From the IMG/VR virus record IMGVR_UViG_3300030104_002421, positions 82,189-146,188 of that record: a stretch of 64,000 nt of DNA; one strand, 5' to 3'. Shown one piece after another: positions 19,485 to 28,741 of this stretch. The stretch comes from a virus. Every line of letters starts with the position of its first letter. Position 1 is the stretch's first letter. The notes below the pieces were generated by a model. It searched no databases, was not told the origin of the DNA, and worked only from the letters and a program-made list of their open reading frames with translations. Position numbers and translations under genes: made by a program.

Positions 19485-20827
19485 GAGATTACGAACCAGT
19501 TAGAGTTTTTTATGGTAAAGGTTATGAAATAGGTCTTTACAAAAATGATAAAGAATATATCATGTACAGACATGCTGCTCGTGGTAAAGTAAAAAACTTT
19601 GTAAAGAATTATGAATACATTGATAATAATGATGTATCACACCTACGACCAATAACACCAGAAATTGGCGAACAGATATTACAAAGAGTAGAAAAAGGTA
19701 TGAAGTATAGTAATATCTATATCTTCTATGATGAGACACCTAGAGAAACAGAATTAGAACACGAACCAAGCGAAGAAGAACACAAATTTACCTCTACAGG
19801 TATTAAGTGGTGGCGTCACCAAGAAGCAATGATGAATTACAAAAATGGTGACCCTAACACAGTTATTTCTACACACATAAGTCCAGAAGGTGCATGTAAT
19901 CTTAAATGCCCTTATTGTAGTGTAACCTATAGAGATACACATAGTCGTATAGACATGGACACAATTAAAGACTATGTAACAAAATTGAAAACGAGAGGAT
20001 TGAAAGCAGTAATATTAACCGGTGGTGGTGAACCTACTGCTTACAAACATTTTAATGATTTAGTAAGATGGTTATATGGAGAAGGATTACAAGTTGCATT
20101 GATTAGTAATGGTAGTAAAGCATATTGGAGAAAAATTGATGAAGATGTTTGTAAAATGTTCACATGGGTTAGAATATCTATTAATGTGTTTTTTGATTGG
20201 GAAAACAGAATAGGACTACCACTAGAAAAATTTGATATGTCTAAAACTATGATAGGTAATTCTATGGTCTATACAGTTGAACATGAAGCGTCAGACGAAG
20301 TAATGGCAGATAGAGTTGGTCTATTAAATAAAGTATCAAAAGTAGCAGACGCTTGTGGCAGTAAATATATTAGACTATTACCTAATTGTTTATTACAACA
20401 AGAAAATTTAATTAGACAACATAGAAGTTTAGATAATGTATTGAAACAAGTAAAAGATAAAAGATTTTTTCATCAATACAAAATACATGGCGCTCCTTCA
20501 CAAAGCACATGCCATCAAAGTTATTTTAGACCGTATCTTTCTGAGGAGATACATAAAGAAACAGGTAAACCTGGTACAGTTTATCCTTGTGATAGTGTAG
20601 TTTTAAATGATAACTATGAACATTTCCATGAAAGATATCAATTATGTCATGCCTCAGATGTACTAGACTATATGGATAAAAAAGTAAAACATAAATTTGA
20701 CGCTCACAAAGATTGTGCAGGTTGTGTCTTTACAAACAATGTTAATCAATTAGATGATTTTATTAATGGCAAATTGGATAGATTTGCAGAATTTGGAGAA
20801 CCACTTGAACATGAAAACTTTATTTAA
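19466..20827 (+). CDS. Radical SAM enzyme with C-terminal SPASM/twitch-like Cys domain
   Basis: CNLKCPYC, LTGGGEP, C...GTVYPC...CAGC. Confidence 0.9.
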   Translation: MALPKIRDYEPVRVFYGKGYEIGLYKNDKEYIMYRHAARGKVKNFVKNYEYIDNNDVSHLRPITPEIGEQILQRVEKGMKYSNIYIFYDETPRETELEHEPSEEEHKFTSTGIKWWRHQEAMMNYKNGDPNTVISTHISPEGACNLKCPYCSVTYRDTHSRIDMDTIKDYVTKLKTRGLKAVILTGGGEPTAYKHFNDLVRWLYGEGLQVALISNGSKAYWRKIDEDVCKMFTWVRISINVFFDWENRIGLPLEKFDMSKTMIGNSMVYTVEHEASDEVMADRVGLLNKVSKVADACGSKYIRLLPNCLLQQENLIRQHRSLDNVLKQVKDKRFFHQYKIHGAPSQSTCHQSYFRPYLSEEIHKETGKPGTVYPCDSVVLNDNYEHFHERYQLCHASDVLDYMDKKVKHKFDAHKDCAGCVFTNNVNQLDDFINGKLDRFAEFGEPLEHENFI

Positions 20828-21470
20828 CGAGAACGAATACTTTAACGAAGACTACTACGAAAGAGGCGCAGAAACAGGTAAGTCTTTATACTCACATTAT
20901 AGATGGATGCCAGAATTGACCATACCTATGGCACATCATATTGTATTATATACAAAACTATTACCCAAAGAAAAAATATTAGACTTTGGTTGTGCTAAAG
21001 GTTTTACTGTAAAAGCATTAAGACTATTAGGTTACAAGGCATTTGGTGTTGATGTATCTGAATATGCAGTAAATCAAATAGAAGAAAAGACAAGAAAATG
21101 GTGTGGTGTTATAGAACCACAAGACGCTTTAGTTTGTGCTGAAGGTGGGTATGACTGGATACTATGTAAAGATATATTAGAACATATACCTTATGATAAG
21201 ATTGATAAACAATTAAAGGTTTTATATAATGGTGGTAAAAAATTAATGGCAATGATACCACTAGGTGATGGTGAGAAGTATGTTATTGATAGTTATGAAT
21301 TAGATAAATCACATTTTATAAGAGAGAATATAGAATGGTGGGGTAAAAAGTTTGAAGACGCCGGTTGGCGAATAGATATGGCAACACATGATATGGGACC
21401 ATTTAAGAAAAACTGGCAATTTGCACCAGAAGGCAATGCCTTAATTATAGCAAGCAGACTTGGAGATTAA
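20811..21470 (+). CDS. Class I SAM-dependent methyltransferase
   Basis: ILDFGCAKG, GVDVSEYA, DILEHI; GGAG SD before ATG 20811. Confidence 0.88.
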   Translation: MKTLFNENEYFNEDYYERGAETGKSLYSHYRWMPELTIPMAHHIVLYTKLLPKEKILDFGCAKGFTVKALRLLGYKAFGVDVSEYAVNQIEEKTRKWCGVIEPQDALVCAEGGYDWILCKDILEHIPYDKIDKQLKVLYNGGKKLMAMIPLGDGEKYVIDSYELDKSHFIRENIEWWGKKFEDAGWRIDMATHDMGPFKKNWQFAPEGNALIIASRLGD

Positions 21471-21471
21471 T

Positions 21472-22218
21472 ATGAACGAAATACAAACTATATCTAACTG
21501 GATAAAAGACTACGCCACTAAAGCCAAAAAAACAACATTAGTTGTAGGTGTATCAGGTGGTATAGATAGTGCCGTGGTATCAACCTTATGTGCAAAAACA
21601 GGACTTAAAACTATACCTATGGTCATGTCAATTGGCAACAAAGACATATTAGGTTTAGAACATGCCTGGTGGTTAGATGAAAACTTTCCTAACATTAGTA
21701 GAAGAATTATCAACATGGAAAAAATATTCCATGAATTTGAAAAAGCAAGTATGTATATTAATGCTGCCAATAAATTGGCATTTGCCAATACAAAAGCAAG
21801 ATTACGAATGACTATGTTATATCAAATGGCACAATCTGAAAATGGTCTTGTGGTGGGTACAGGAAATAAAGTAGAAGATTTTGGTGTAGGTTTCTATACA
21901 AAATATGGTGATGGTGGTGTAGATATATCACCTATTGCAGATTTCTATAAGAGTGAAGTCAGACAAATGGGTGTAGAGTTAGGTGTATTAGAAAAGATTA
22001 TAGAAGCAAAACCTACAGATGGTTTATGGGAAGATGGTAGAACAGACGAAGACCAATTAGGTATGAGTTATGAAGAAATAGAAAAGGCAATGAAACAAGA
22101 TGAAACCCATACAATCGTTACAATAAAAAAAGATATTAATAAGTTGAATACATATAGAGAAATAAGAAAAGCGAATTTACATAAAATGGTACCAATACCG
22201 GTATACAGGAGGAAATAA
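21472..22218 (+). CDS. nadE: NH3-dependent NAD+ synthetase
   Basis: VGVSGGIDS PP-loop, NTKARLRM, GTGNKVE, FYTKYGDG, PTDGLW...TDEDQLG. Confidence 0.92.
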   Translation: MNEIQTISNWIKDYATKAKKTTLVVGVSGGIDSAVVSTLCAKTGLKTIPMVMSIGNKDILGLEHAWWLDENFPNISRRIINMEKIFHEFEKASMYINAANKLAFANTKARLRMTMLYQMAQSENGLVVGTGNKVEDFGVGFYTKYGDGGVDISPIADFYKSEVRQMGVELGVLEKIIEAKPTDGLWEDGRTDEDQLGMSYEEIEKAMKQDETHTIVTIKKDINKLNTYREIRKANLHKMVPIPVYRRK

Positions 22219-23381
22219 TGAAAGTAGGATTTATAGGTTTAGGTAAACTTGGCAGAGACGCTGCTGAAGTGTTAGCTGAAAAACATGATGTTGTAGGATA
22301 TGATTTAGATATTTTAAATATAGATACAACAGTTACCAAAGCAACACAATTAAAATATGCTTGTGAAAATAGAGACATAGTTTTAGTTGCAGTACAAACG
22401 CCACATCATCCTGATTATGATGGTAAAGAACCTACAAGTCATTTGCCACCTAAAGATTTTGATTATTCACATATTACTAAAGCAGTAAAAGATGTAGATG
22501 ATTGTATAGATGAAGGTACATTGATTGCAGTTATATCAACAATGTTACCTGGTACAGTAAGACGAGAAATAGAACCATTAGTTAAAAGAGGAAAGTTTAT
22601 ATACAATCCTTATTTGATTGCTCAAGGTACTGTAAAGTGGGACATGAAAAATCCTGAAATGATTATGATAGGTACAGAAAATGGTTATAAGAGTAGAGAA
22701 GTAAAAGCATTAAGAGACTTATACGACCCTATACTAGAAAAAGAAAATACAAGATATGAAATAGGTACATGGGAAGAAATAGAAGCATTGAAAGTTTTTT
22801 ATAATACTTTTATTTCTACTAAACTTGCATTGGTTAATATGATACAAGATGTGGCAGAAAATATAGGTCATATGAATGTAGATGTGGTAACAAATGCATT
22901 AAAAGATAGTACACAAAGAATTATGGGACCTAGTTATATGAAAGCAGGTTTTGGTGATGGTGGTGGTTGCCATCCTAGAGATAATATTGCTTTACGAGTA
23001 TTGAACGAAAGATATAAATTAGGTTATGATTTGTTTGATAGTATTATGAAAGCAAGAGAAGAACAAGCGGCAAACATGGCAAGATATTGTTTGAAGTATC
23101 AAATGCCTGTAGTAATTTTAGGTAAAGCATTTAAACCTGGTATTGACCAAACAGCAGGAAGTCCTTCTATGTTAGTTGGTTGGTATATTGAAAAACTAGG
23201 TAGTCAAAAAGTTTACTATGATAAAATACCAGACGGCAAAGCATATACTATTCTTATACACGATAAAGGTTTAATACCTGAAACATGGGATAATCCTGGT
23301 AGTTGTATTATAGACCCTTATAGAGAATTAGGACCTGTAAAAAATCATACGGTGAAACACTATGGTAACACAAACAGATAG
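22218..23381 (+). CDS. UDP-glucose/GDP-mannose dehydrogenase family protein
   Basis: GLGKLG Rossmann motif, VQTP, KVFYN, GGGCHPRD, LGKAFKP. Confidence 0.9.
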   Translation: MKVGFIGLGKLGRDAAEVLAEKHDVVGYDLDILNIDTTVTKATQLKYACENRDIVLVAVQTPHHPDYDGKEPTSHLPPKDFDYSHITKAVKDVDDCIDEGTLIAVISTMLPGTVRREIEPLVKRGKFIYNPYLIAQGTVKWDMKNPEMIMIGTENGYKSREVKALRDLYDPILEKENTRYEIGTWEEIEALKVFYNTFISTKLALVNMIQDVAENIGHMNVDVVTNALKDSTQRIMGPSYMKAGFGDGGGCHPRDNIALRVLNERYKLGYDLFDSIMKAREEQAANMARYCLKYQMPVVILGKAFKPGIDQTAGSPSMLVGWYIEKLGSQKVYYDKIPDGKAYTILIHDKGLIPETWDNPGSCIIDPYRELGPVKNHTVKHYGNTNR

Positions 23382-23850
23382 AAGACTTGGTACAAATGTA
23401 CTAGTGCAAGTAGTTAATCTGTGGCAAACAATACCACAAGACATTGTAAATTCACAAAGAGGTATACAAGAAGCATATAATGCCTATATTGAATATCTAA
23501 ATGTACGATTGAATATGGTACGAGATAGAGAGTGGAAGGTAAATCTTTCTATAGAACAACATGGCGAGACGGAAGATAGATGGTTAAATCAACCATTCTT
23601 TCAAATTAAACCAGGTGATACACAAAGAAAATTTATACCAGCAGATGAATTAAAGTCATATGATAGAATTGTTATCTGTGGGTTGTGGTTAAAAGAACAA
23701 GTATTAGACGAGTTCTTAAAGATAAAAAAAGTCAATGTTAATACTTTCATTGCACCAACACTATGTTTTCCACAAAAGTGGGGATATGATAAACATGTTG
23801 AGAAACATTTTCATCAACGAGTGTTGGCAAACGATTACATGTACCTATGA
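23362..23850 (+). CDS. Hypothetical protein
   Basis: ORF coupled to neighbours. Confidence 0.55.
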   Translation: MVTQTDRRLGTNVLVQVVNLWQTIPQDIVNSQRGIQEAYNAYIEYLNVRLNMVRDREWKVNLSIEQHGETEDRWLNQPFFQIKPGDTQRKFIPADELKSYDRIVICGLWLKEQVLDEFLKIKKVNVNTFIAPTLCFPQKWGYDKHVEKHFHQRVLANDYMYL

Positions 23851-24479
23851 TATTTGGCGTACCATACTGGAAATATAAGATTGACCCAAAACAATTTTCA
23901 GCTGACATATTGAAGGATATAGAGTATAATTATTCTGTTGATAAAGATAGAAATAAATGGGATAAAAAATCTTATGTCAATAGTAACTTACATCATAGTA
24001 ATAGAGATAGAGGCAATAGTAAGTTTAGAGAAATACAATACAAATCAGTTGTTCCTCTTTACAATAATATATTCAATAGATTTGTTAAAGAGTTGGAACT
24101 TACAGGTAGTTTTGATTACACATTTCAGATAACTAACTATACTGCTATGACAAGTGGTCAATATATGAGAGCACATAATCATATTGGCGATAGTGATTTT
24201 ACTTGTATTCATTATTTAAAGTTTAATAAAGACAAACACCAATCAACAGTATTTCACAATTCACATCATTGGGCAAGAGACTATCAATATTTACGACCAG
24301 AGTTTTATAAAAGACTAGACATAAGAAACGAAAAACATAGTTATCTATTACAATACTTTCAAGTTCCTACTGAACAAGGAGATTTTATTATAACGCCATC
24401 AAGTGTGGTACACGAAGTTCCTACCTTCAATTCTGATGAATTAAGGGTTACCCTTGTCGTAAATCTTCAAATTAAGTAG
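23847..24479 (+). CDS. 2OG-Fe(II) oxygenase-like protein
   Basis: MRAHNH, FTCIHYL, GDFIITPSSVVHEV, RVTLVVN. Confidence 0.75.
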   Translation: MIFGVPYWKYKIDPKQFSADILKDIEYNYSVDKDRNKWDKKSYVNSNLHHSNRDRGNSKFREIQYKSVVPLYNNIFNRFVKELELTGSFDYTFQITNYTAMTSGQYMRAHNHIGDSDFTCIHYLKFNKDKHQSTVFHNSHHWARDYQYLRPEFYKRLDIRNEKHSYLLQYFQVPTEQGDFIITPSSVVHEVPTFNSDELRVTLVVNLQIK

Positions 24480-24505
24480 AACAAAAAGAGAACAAAAGTG
24501 TGCAG

Positions 24506-24601
24506 AATGTCGCACCTACGCTAAACCATTGAAAAATAACACTTTTAATTTCACTTTTTTAACCTTTTTTTGTTGACTTTTGCTTCATTTTAGTCTATAA
24601 C
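24506..24601 (+). promoter_or_regulatory. Putative early promoter module, copy 1
   Basis: AATGTCGCACCT 67 bp before TTGACT-N17-TATAAC; repeated at 30047. Confidence 0.75.
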
Positions 24602-24608
24602 TATAGAT

Positions 24609-24707
24609 ATGATAAAAAAAATTATATTAACTTACATTGCTTTAGCAGTTCTAACTCTGCTATTTTTCTACCAGTTAGACCAACAATTAATGATGAGTGC
24701 TGTCTAA
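24609..24707 (+). CDS. Small membrane peptide (32 aa)
   Basis: MIKKIILTYIALAVLTLLFFYQLDQQLMMSAV directly after promoter; TAATG coupling. Confidence 0.5.
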   Translation: MIKKIILTYIALAVLTLLFFYQLDQQLMMSAV

Positions 24708-25096
24708 TGTTTCATATTGTATATACTAGACACCTACATGACCGTGAAGACTATGGGTCTTTTGACAATACCTGGACAGTTTTACGAAATGTACCTTACA
24801 GTAGAATTAGTGAGTTTACTAAAGATAAACTTATTGAAATGGCGTCAGATTGTGATATCAAATATAAAGCATATATTGATAATACTTATTCTCAATTAGA
24901 ACAATCTAATTGGGACAAAGACCAATGTTACGCTACAGAATGTTGTATTATAGATGACGCTGAATATTTCTTTACTTATAAAGACGCTTATCCTGATACT
25001 TATATTCCAACAGCGATTGACGAAAAAGAAGACTATTTATATAACTATGGACAAATGAGTAAGTTCATGGTACAACATGATTATGGGAGAGAATAA
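24707..25096 (+). CDS. Hypothetical early protein
   Basis: ORF, coupled. Confidence 0.6.
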   Translation: MFHIVYTRHLHDREDYGSFDNTWTVLRNVPYSRISEFTKDKLIEMASDCDIKYKAYIDNTYSQLEQSNWDKDQCYATECCIIDDAEYFFTYKDAYPDTYIPTAIDEKEDYLYNYGQMSKFMVQHDYGRE

Positions 25097-25323
25097 TGAT
25101 TGACGATATTAAATTGATTGAAAGAATGGACAAACTTATAGAGTTAGGTGAAGATCCAAACTATACTGCTGAACAAAACTTAATGTATGTTATGGGTGCT
25201 TGTCGTGGCATACAAAGAAATGCTGAGAGAAGAATTGAAGAACATGAAAAAGCATATGCACCAAAACCATTAAAAAGAGGCACAGGTTTAAGTGGTGTAA
25301 GAGGGCGAGGTTTAAATGCCTAA
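25096..25323 (+). CDS. Hypothetical protein
   Basis: ORF, GGGAG SD. Confidence 0.6.
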   Translation: MIDDIKLIERMDKLIELGEDPNYTAEQNLMYVMGACRGIQRNAERRIEEHEKAYAPKPLKRGTGLSGVRGRGLNA

Positions 25324-25537
25324 TTTTGATTACGACCAATTTATGAAAACAGATATAGTAAACTATGACGACCTAGATAGCGCTGTTAGACAAGTAATCA
25401 CAGACGCTTTTACGAAAATGGAGAATGCTATTGACCATTTTAATGAGAAAAACCAAGATGATATAGAAGTAGATACTGTTGATTTATCTAGTAAATTTGA
25501 CAGTATATATGACTATGTTGACGATTATATAGATTAG
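25316..25537 (+). CDS. Hypothetical acidic protein
   Basis: Asp-rich 73-aa ORF, GAGG SD. Confidence 0.6.
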   Translation: MPNFDYDQFMKTDIVNYDDLDSAVRQVITDAFTKMENAIDHFNEKNQDDIEVDTVDLSSKFDSIYDYVDDYID

Positions 25538-25539
25538 GC

Positions 25540-25568
25540 TTGACATTTATATCAAAATATGATAGGAT
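25540..25568 (+). promoter_or_regulatory. Sigma70-type promoter giving a probably leaderless mRNA
   Basis: AGGC-TTGACA-N17-TAGGAT, ATG 7 nt downstream. Confidence 0.7.
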
Positions 25569-25575
25569 ACAGACA

Positions 25576-25938
25576 ATGGCATTAATTTATACACATAACA
25601 GTTCACCAAGACGCTTCAAGCGTGTTGTAAAGAACAAGAAATATTATGAAGCGCTTGCTGAGAGAGACAAGTTATTGAGACGATTAGGTATTGACCCCAA
25701 CAGAAAGATACCAAAATACAGACCAGAGAAAATGAAAATACATACTGCCCCTGTGGCTCAATTGGTAGAGCAGACGATTTGTAATCGTCAGGTTGCAAGT
25801 TCAAGTCCTGCCGGGGGCACCAAACCTGTTTCTAATTGGCGATTAGAAGAAAGCAAAAAGTTTACTGTAGCACCTGCTTATAATAAAGGTGCATATCAAG
25901 TAATAACAAAAGAAAACATAAAGGATATAGGCAAATGA
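25576..25938 (+). CDS. Conserved hypothetical phage protein containing an in-frame tRNA
   Basis: MALIYTH start; C-terminal TVAPAYNKGAYQVI...DIGK motif; stop overlaps next ATG. Confidence 0.7.
   Translation: MALIYTHNSSPRRFKRVVKNKKYYEALAERDKLLRRLGIDPNRKIPKYRPEKMKIHTAPVAQLVEQTICNRQVASSSPAGGTKPVSNWRLEESKKFTVAPAYNKGAYQVITKENIKDIGK
25747..25822 (+). tRNA. tRNA-Thr(UGU)
   Basis: GCCCCTG/CGGGGGC acceptor + ACCA, GCTC/GAGC D arm, GACGA-TTTGTAA-TCGTC anticodon arm, TTCAAGT T loop (one A.C mismatch in T stem), 76 nt. Confidence 0.88.
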
Positions 25939-26249
25939 TTAGAATATTAACAATAGTATCTCTTATTGCATGGGGTGTATTTTTTTATACGAGTGCAAAA
26001 GCAAATGAATATACAGAAGCAGTTGTTGGTCATGTTATACAAAACCATGATAAGATTGACCATAGTGCTTTGTTACAAGCAGAGTTAACAAGACTAGCAC
26101 ATAGAAATAGTATTGACTTAATAAACATTTTACAAGATTATCTCCCTGCTATACTTGATGGTATAGCGGCGGATTTAAGACAAAAATCAGACTTGGAGTA
26201 TAAGTGCTCACTTCAACCTGATAATTATAAAAACAACGAGTGCAAATAG
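25935..26249 (+). CDS. Hypothetical exported protein
   Basis: Signal peptide ending AKA. Confidence 0.6.
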   Translation: MIRILTIVSLIAWGVFFYTSAKANEYTEAVVGHVIQNHDKIDHSALLQAELTRLAHRNSIDLINILQDYLPAILDGIAADLRQKSDLEYKCSLQPDNYKNNECK

Positions 26250-26259
26250 AGGATAGATT

Positions 26260-26565
26260 ATGGCGAAAATGAATAAACAAGCAATGATGGAAAATATGTT
26301 AACCATGCCGGATATTATGAAAGAGTTTCATACTTATAAAACTGGCAAACAAAAGGCAAAATATTTAAGAGAAATGGGTACATTAAATTTACCACATGCT
26401 GTTAATTGGGAAAATTTAGCACAATGTTGGGAAGGCACGAAAAAGTGGCCAGCAAAGAAAACTATGGATGAAGATGATACTATACTAAAAGATTATCTGG
26501 ATCCTGTAGGTGAAACAAATGCAGAAAAATCATTAACCATGCAGGAATTGGATGCGCTACTTTAG
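26260..26565 (+). CDS. Hypothetical protein
   Basis: GAGGA SD, ORF. Confidence 0.6.
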   Translation: MAKMNKQAMMENMLTMPDIMKEFHTYKTGKQKAKYLREMGTLNLPHAVNWENLAQCWEGTKKWPAKKTMDEDDTILKDYLDPVGETNAEKSLTMQELDALL

Positions 26566-26896
26566 TATACCATTATTATTTCTGACAATTGGGTGTGGTT
26601 CTATGAGTGATAGAACAATACATGCTACTGCTTTTGTTGACCATTTGAACAATATGCCATCAGGTAAATCTAGTTATTTACTATGGCATAATCCAAATAC
26701 AGGTAACAAAGGCGATATCAAAGTTACGAGAAGTTATCTAGTAAAAGGTATCAAATGTGCCGACTATACAAGTACAGTTGATATACAAGATAGCTGGCCT
26801 TTGAATGGTATAGGTTCTTTAGATAGAAGTACGGAACATGGTACAGCATGTCAATTACCAGACGGTAGATGGAAGATTATAGAGAGGGTATTATGA
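26552..26896 (+). CDS. 17-kDa surface-antigen-like lipoprotein
   Basis: Lipobox LTIGC; WHNPNTGNKG...C..Y...GTACQLPDGRW. Confidence 0.75.
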   Translation: MRYFSIPLLFLTIGCGSMSDRTIHATAFVDHLNNMPSGKSSYLLWHNPNTGNKGDIKVTRSYLVKGIKCADYTSTVDIQDSWPLNGIGSLDRSTEHGTACQLPDGRWKIIERVL

Positions 26897-27225
26897 AACA
26901 ACCAGGTCCAGGTGTAGCATTGTTATTAACTATAACATTGATACTTGCAATTCTTATGTTTAGTTATAAAGCAGAAGGTAAAGAAAATCTACATTGTGTT
27001 ATAGAAGTTATCTATGATGAAAGTTTAGAAAACGAAGTAAGTAGAAGAATGATATGTAGAGACGGAGAAATTCCAGGTCAACCTGGGTATTGGCAGTTAT
27101 TTGCTGCCTTTTATTATAATGGTGTTAGTGTGCCTGAATACTGCCGTTATGTTAAAGGAGATAATCTTTTTAGAATACCTAACAAGATATGTCTAAACGA
27201 AGATGGCACATGGAGGGACGGATGA
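26893..27225 (+). CDS. Hypothetical exported Cys-containing protein
   Basis: Signal peptide, four Cys, C-terminal CLNEDGTW resembling neighbour. Confidence 0.55.
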   Translation: MKQPGPGVALLLTITLILAILMFSYKAEGKENLHCVIEVIYDESLENEVSRRMICRDGEIPGQPGYWQLFAAFYYNGVSVPEYCRYVKGDNLFRIPNKICLNEDGTWRDG

Positions 27226-27338
27226 TTAAAATAATTTTTGGTATGATAATAGGTGGGTTTATCGTTTATCATAATCCAGACATAGGGATTGATATAGTCA
27301 ATTTCTTTATTAACTTTTTAAAGGAGGTATTACAATGA
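27222..27338 (+). CDS. Small membrane protein (38 aa)
   Basis: GGAGG SD; MIKIIFGMIIGGFIVYHNP...; ATGA overlaps at both ends. Confidence 0.55.
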   Translation: MIKIIFGMIIGGFIVYHNPDIGIDIVNFFINFLKEVLQ

Positions 27339-27931
27339 AAAATATAATGCTTATAATACTAATCTCCTTCTTAACGATTAGCTGTGCTAAGACAGTTAAA
27401 ATTGAACACGAAGGAGAAACCAAATCAGGTATGCTTGAAGAAGTACCAAAATGGTTTGTTGAGAAAGAAGGCAATAAAGGTCTTCTAAACAAAAAGGATA
27501 AGTTCTACCTATACGGTGTAGGTGTTGCAACAAGTCCTGATTTACAGTTAGCAATGGACAAAGCAACCATGATTGCAAAAGCAGATTTAGCTGATGTATT
27601 GCATGGCGAAATGAACAAGAATGCTAATGTGTTTATACAAGAAATAGGACAGGACGGTAATACTGTTGTTTCATCAGAAGCACAATCTACGATTGTTAAC
27701 ATGATTAAACAGACCAAAGTTCAAGGTTGGGAACAATGGAAGATAGCAATATCTATTACATCTAACAATCACTATAGAGTGTATATGGGACTTCAATTAC
27801 CACTTGGCGAATACAACAAGTTAGAAGAATTAATCCGTGCTGAAGCAAAGAAACAAATTATAAATAGTGATATAGCAAAGAACAATGCTAAAACCGCTAT
27901 AGATGAATTGACGGCGGTAGCAACGGAGTAA
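27335..27931 (+). CDS. LPP20-like lipoprotein
   Basis: Lipobox LTISC, VPKWF, YGVGVATSPDLQLAMDKA. Confidence 0.7.
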   Translation: MKNIMLIILISFLTISCAKTVKIEHEGETKSGMLEEVPKWFVEKEGNKGLLNKKDKFYLYGVGVATSPDLQLAMDKATMIAKADLADVLHGEMNKNANVFIQEIGQDGNTVVSSEAQSTIVNMIKQTKVQGWEQWKIAISITSNNHYRVYMGLQLPLGEYNKLEELIRAEAKKQIINSDIAKNNAKTAIDELTAVATE

Positions 27932-27934
27932 ACA

Positions 27935-28234
27935 ATGTATAAAGTATTCACTAAACCTAATTGTGTATTTTGTGATAGAGCAAAAGCATTATTAGATAAA
28001 CTAGATATCTCATATGAGACCTACGGTTTAGGTGAACATTATGAAGGTGGTGACGGTAAATATTCTGTCACCATAGACCAAATGTTTGAAATGATAGGTA
28101 AACAAGTTAGGTCAATGCCACAAATAATGATAGATGATAAACTGATAGGTGGTTATACAGATTTAAGAGAATATCTAATAAATCAAGGAAAGATTAACTT
28201 TTCTGGAGAAATCGTTGAAACCAAAGAAAAATAG
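27935..28234 (+). CDS. nrdC: Glutaredoxin
   Basis: CVFC, SMPQI, IGGYTDL. Confidence 0.9.
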   Translation: MYKVFTKPNCVFCDRAKALLDKLDISYETYGLGEHYEGGDGKYSVTIDQMFEMIGKQVRSMPQIMIDDKLIGGYTDLREYLINQGKINFSGEIVETKEK

Positions 28235-28282
28235 ATTGGTGTACCAACCCAGGACGGACAAAACCAAAGCGAGTGTAGTGTT

Positions 28283-28741
28283 ATGACAGCGAAAATATAC
28301 GCTTTTCCAAGCGGAAAACAGATACCAGCTCTGACTAAAGAGCAAAGAGAACCTGTTAAAAAAAGAATAGCAGACCAGCAGACTAAAAAATATGCTGACG
28401 CTGTAGCAGACGATATTATGATACAAATGATTGGCACATTACAACATGAAGGTATGAATATAGGTAAAATTGATAAAGATGGACAAAAAACATTTTTAGA
28501 TGTAGGTATATTCATGGAAGCATTTAGAGGTTTAATCTATAGAGAATTAGATTTAAAGCACCCTTTTCATTATGTTACTGATAAGATGATGTATGTAGAA
28601 CAACAAAAAGATAAAAAGTATTCTGTAATAGACTATTCAGGTAAAGAGATAGTTGAAAAACAAGAAGACATGGAAATTCAATTTGAAGGTGAGGAAATAG
28701 ATAATGATATTGATAGATTACAGCCAGATAGCGATAAGTAA
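28283..28741 (+). CDS. Hypothetical protein
   Basis: ORF upstream of rnh. Confidence 0.6.
   Translation: MTAKIYAFPSGKQIPALTKEQREPVKKRIADQQTKKYADAVADDIMIQMIGTLQHEGMNIGKIDKDGQKTFLDVGIFMEAFRGLIYRELDLKHPFHYVTDKMMYVEQQKDKKYSVIDYSGKEIVEKQEDMEIQFEGEEIDNDIDRLQPDSDK

Noticed and set aside
25540-25575. TTG start given by the ORF track for the tRNA-containing gene
   Set aside because: That TTG is the -35 box; ATG 25576 is the better start.
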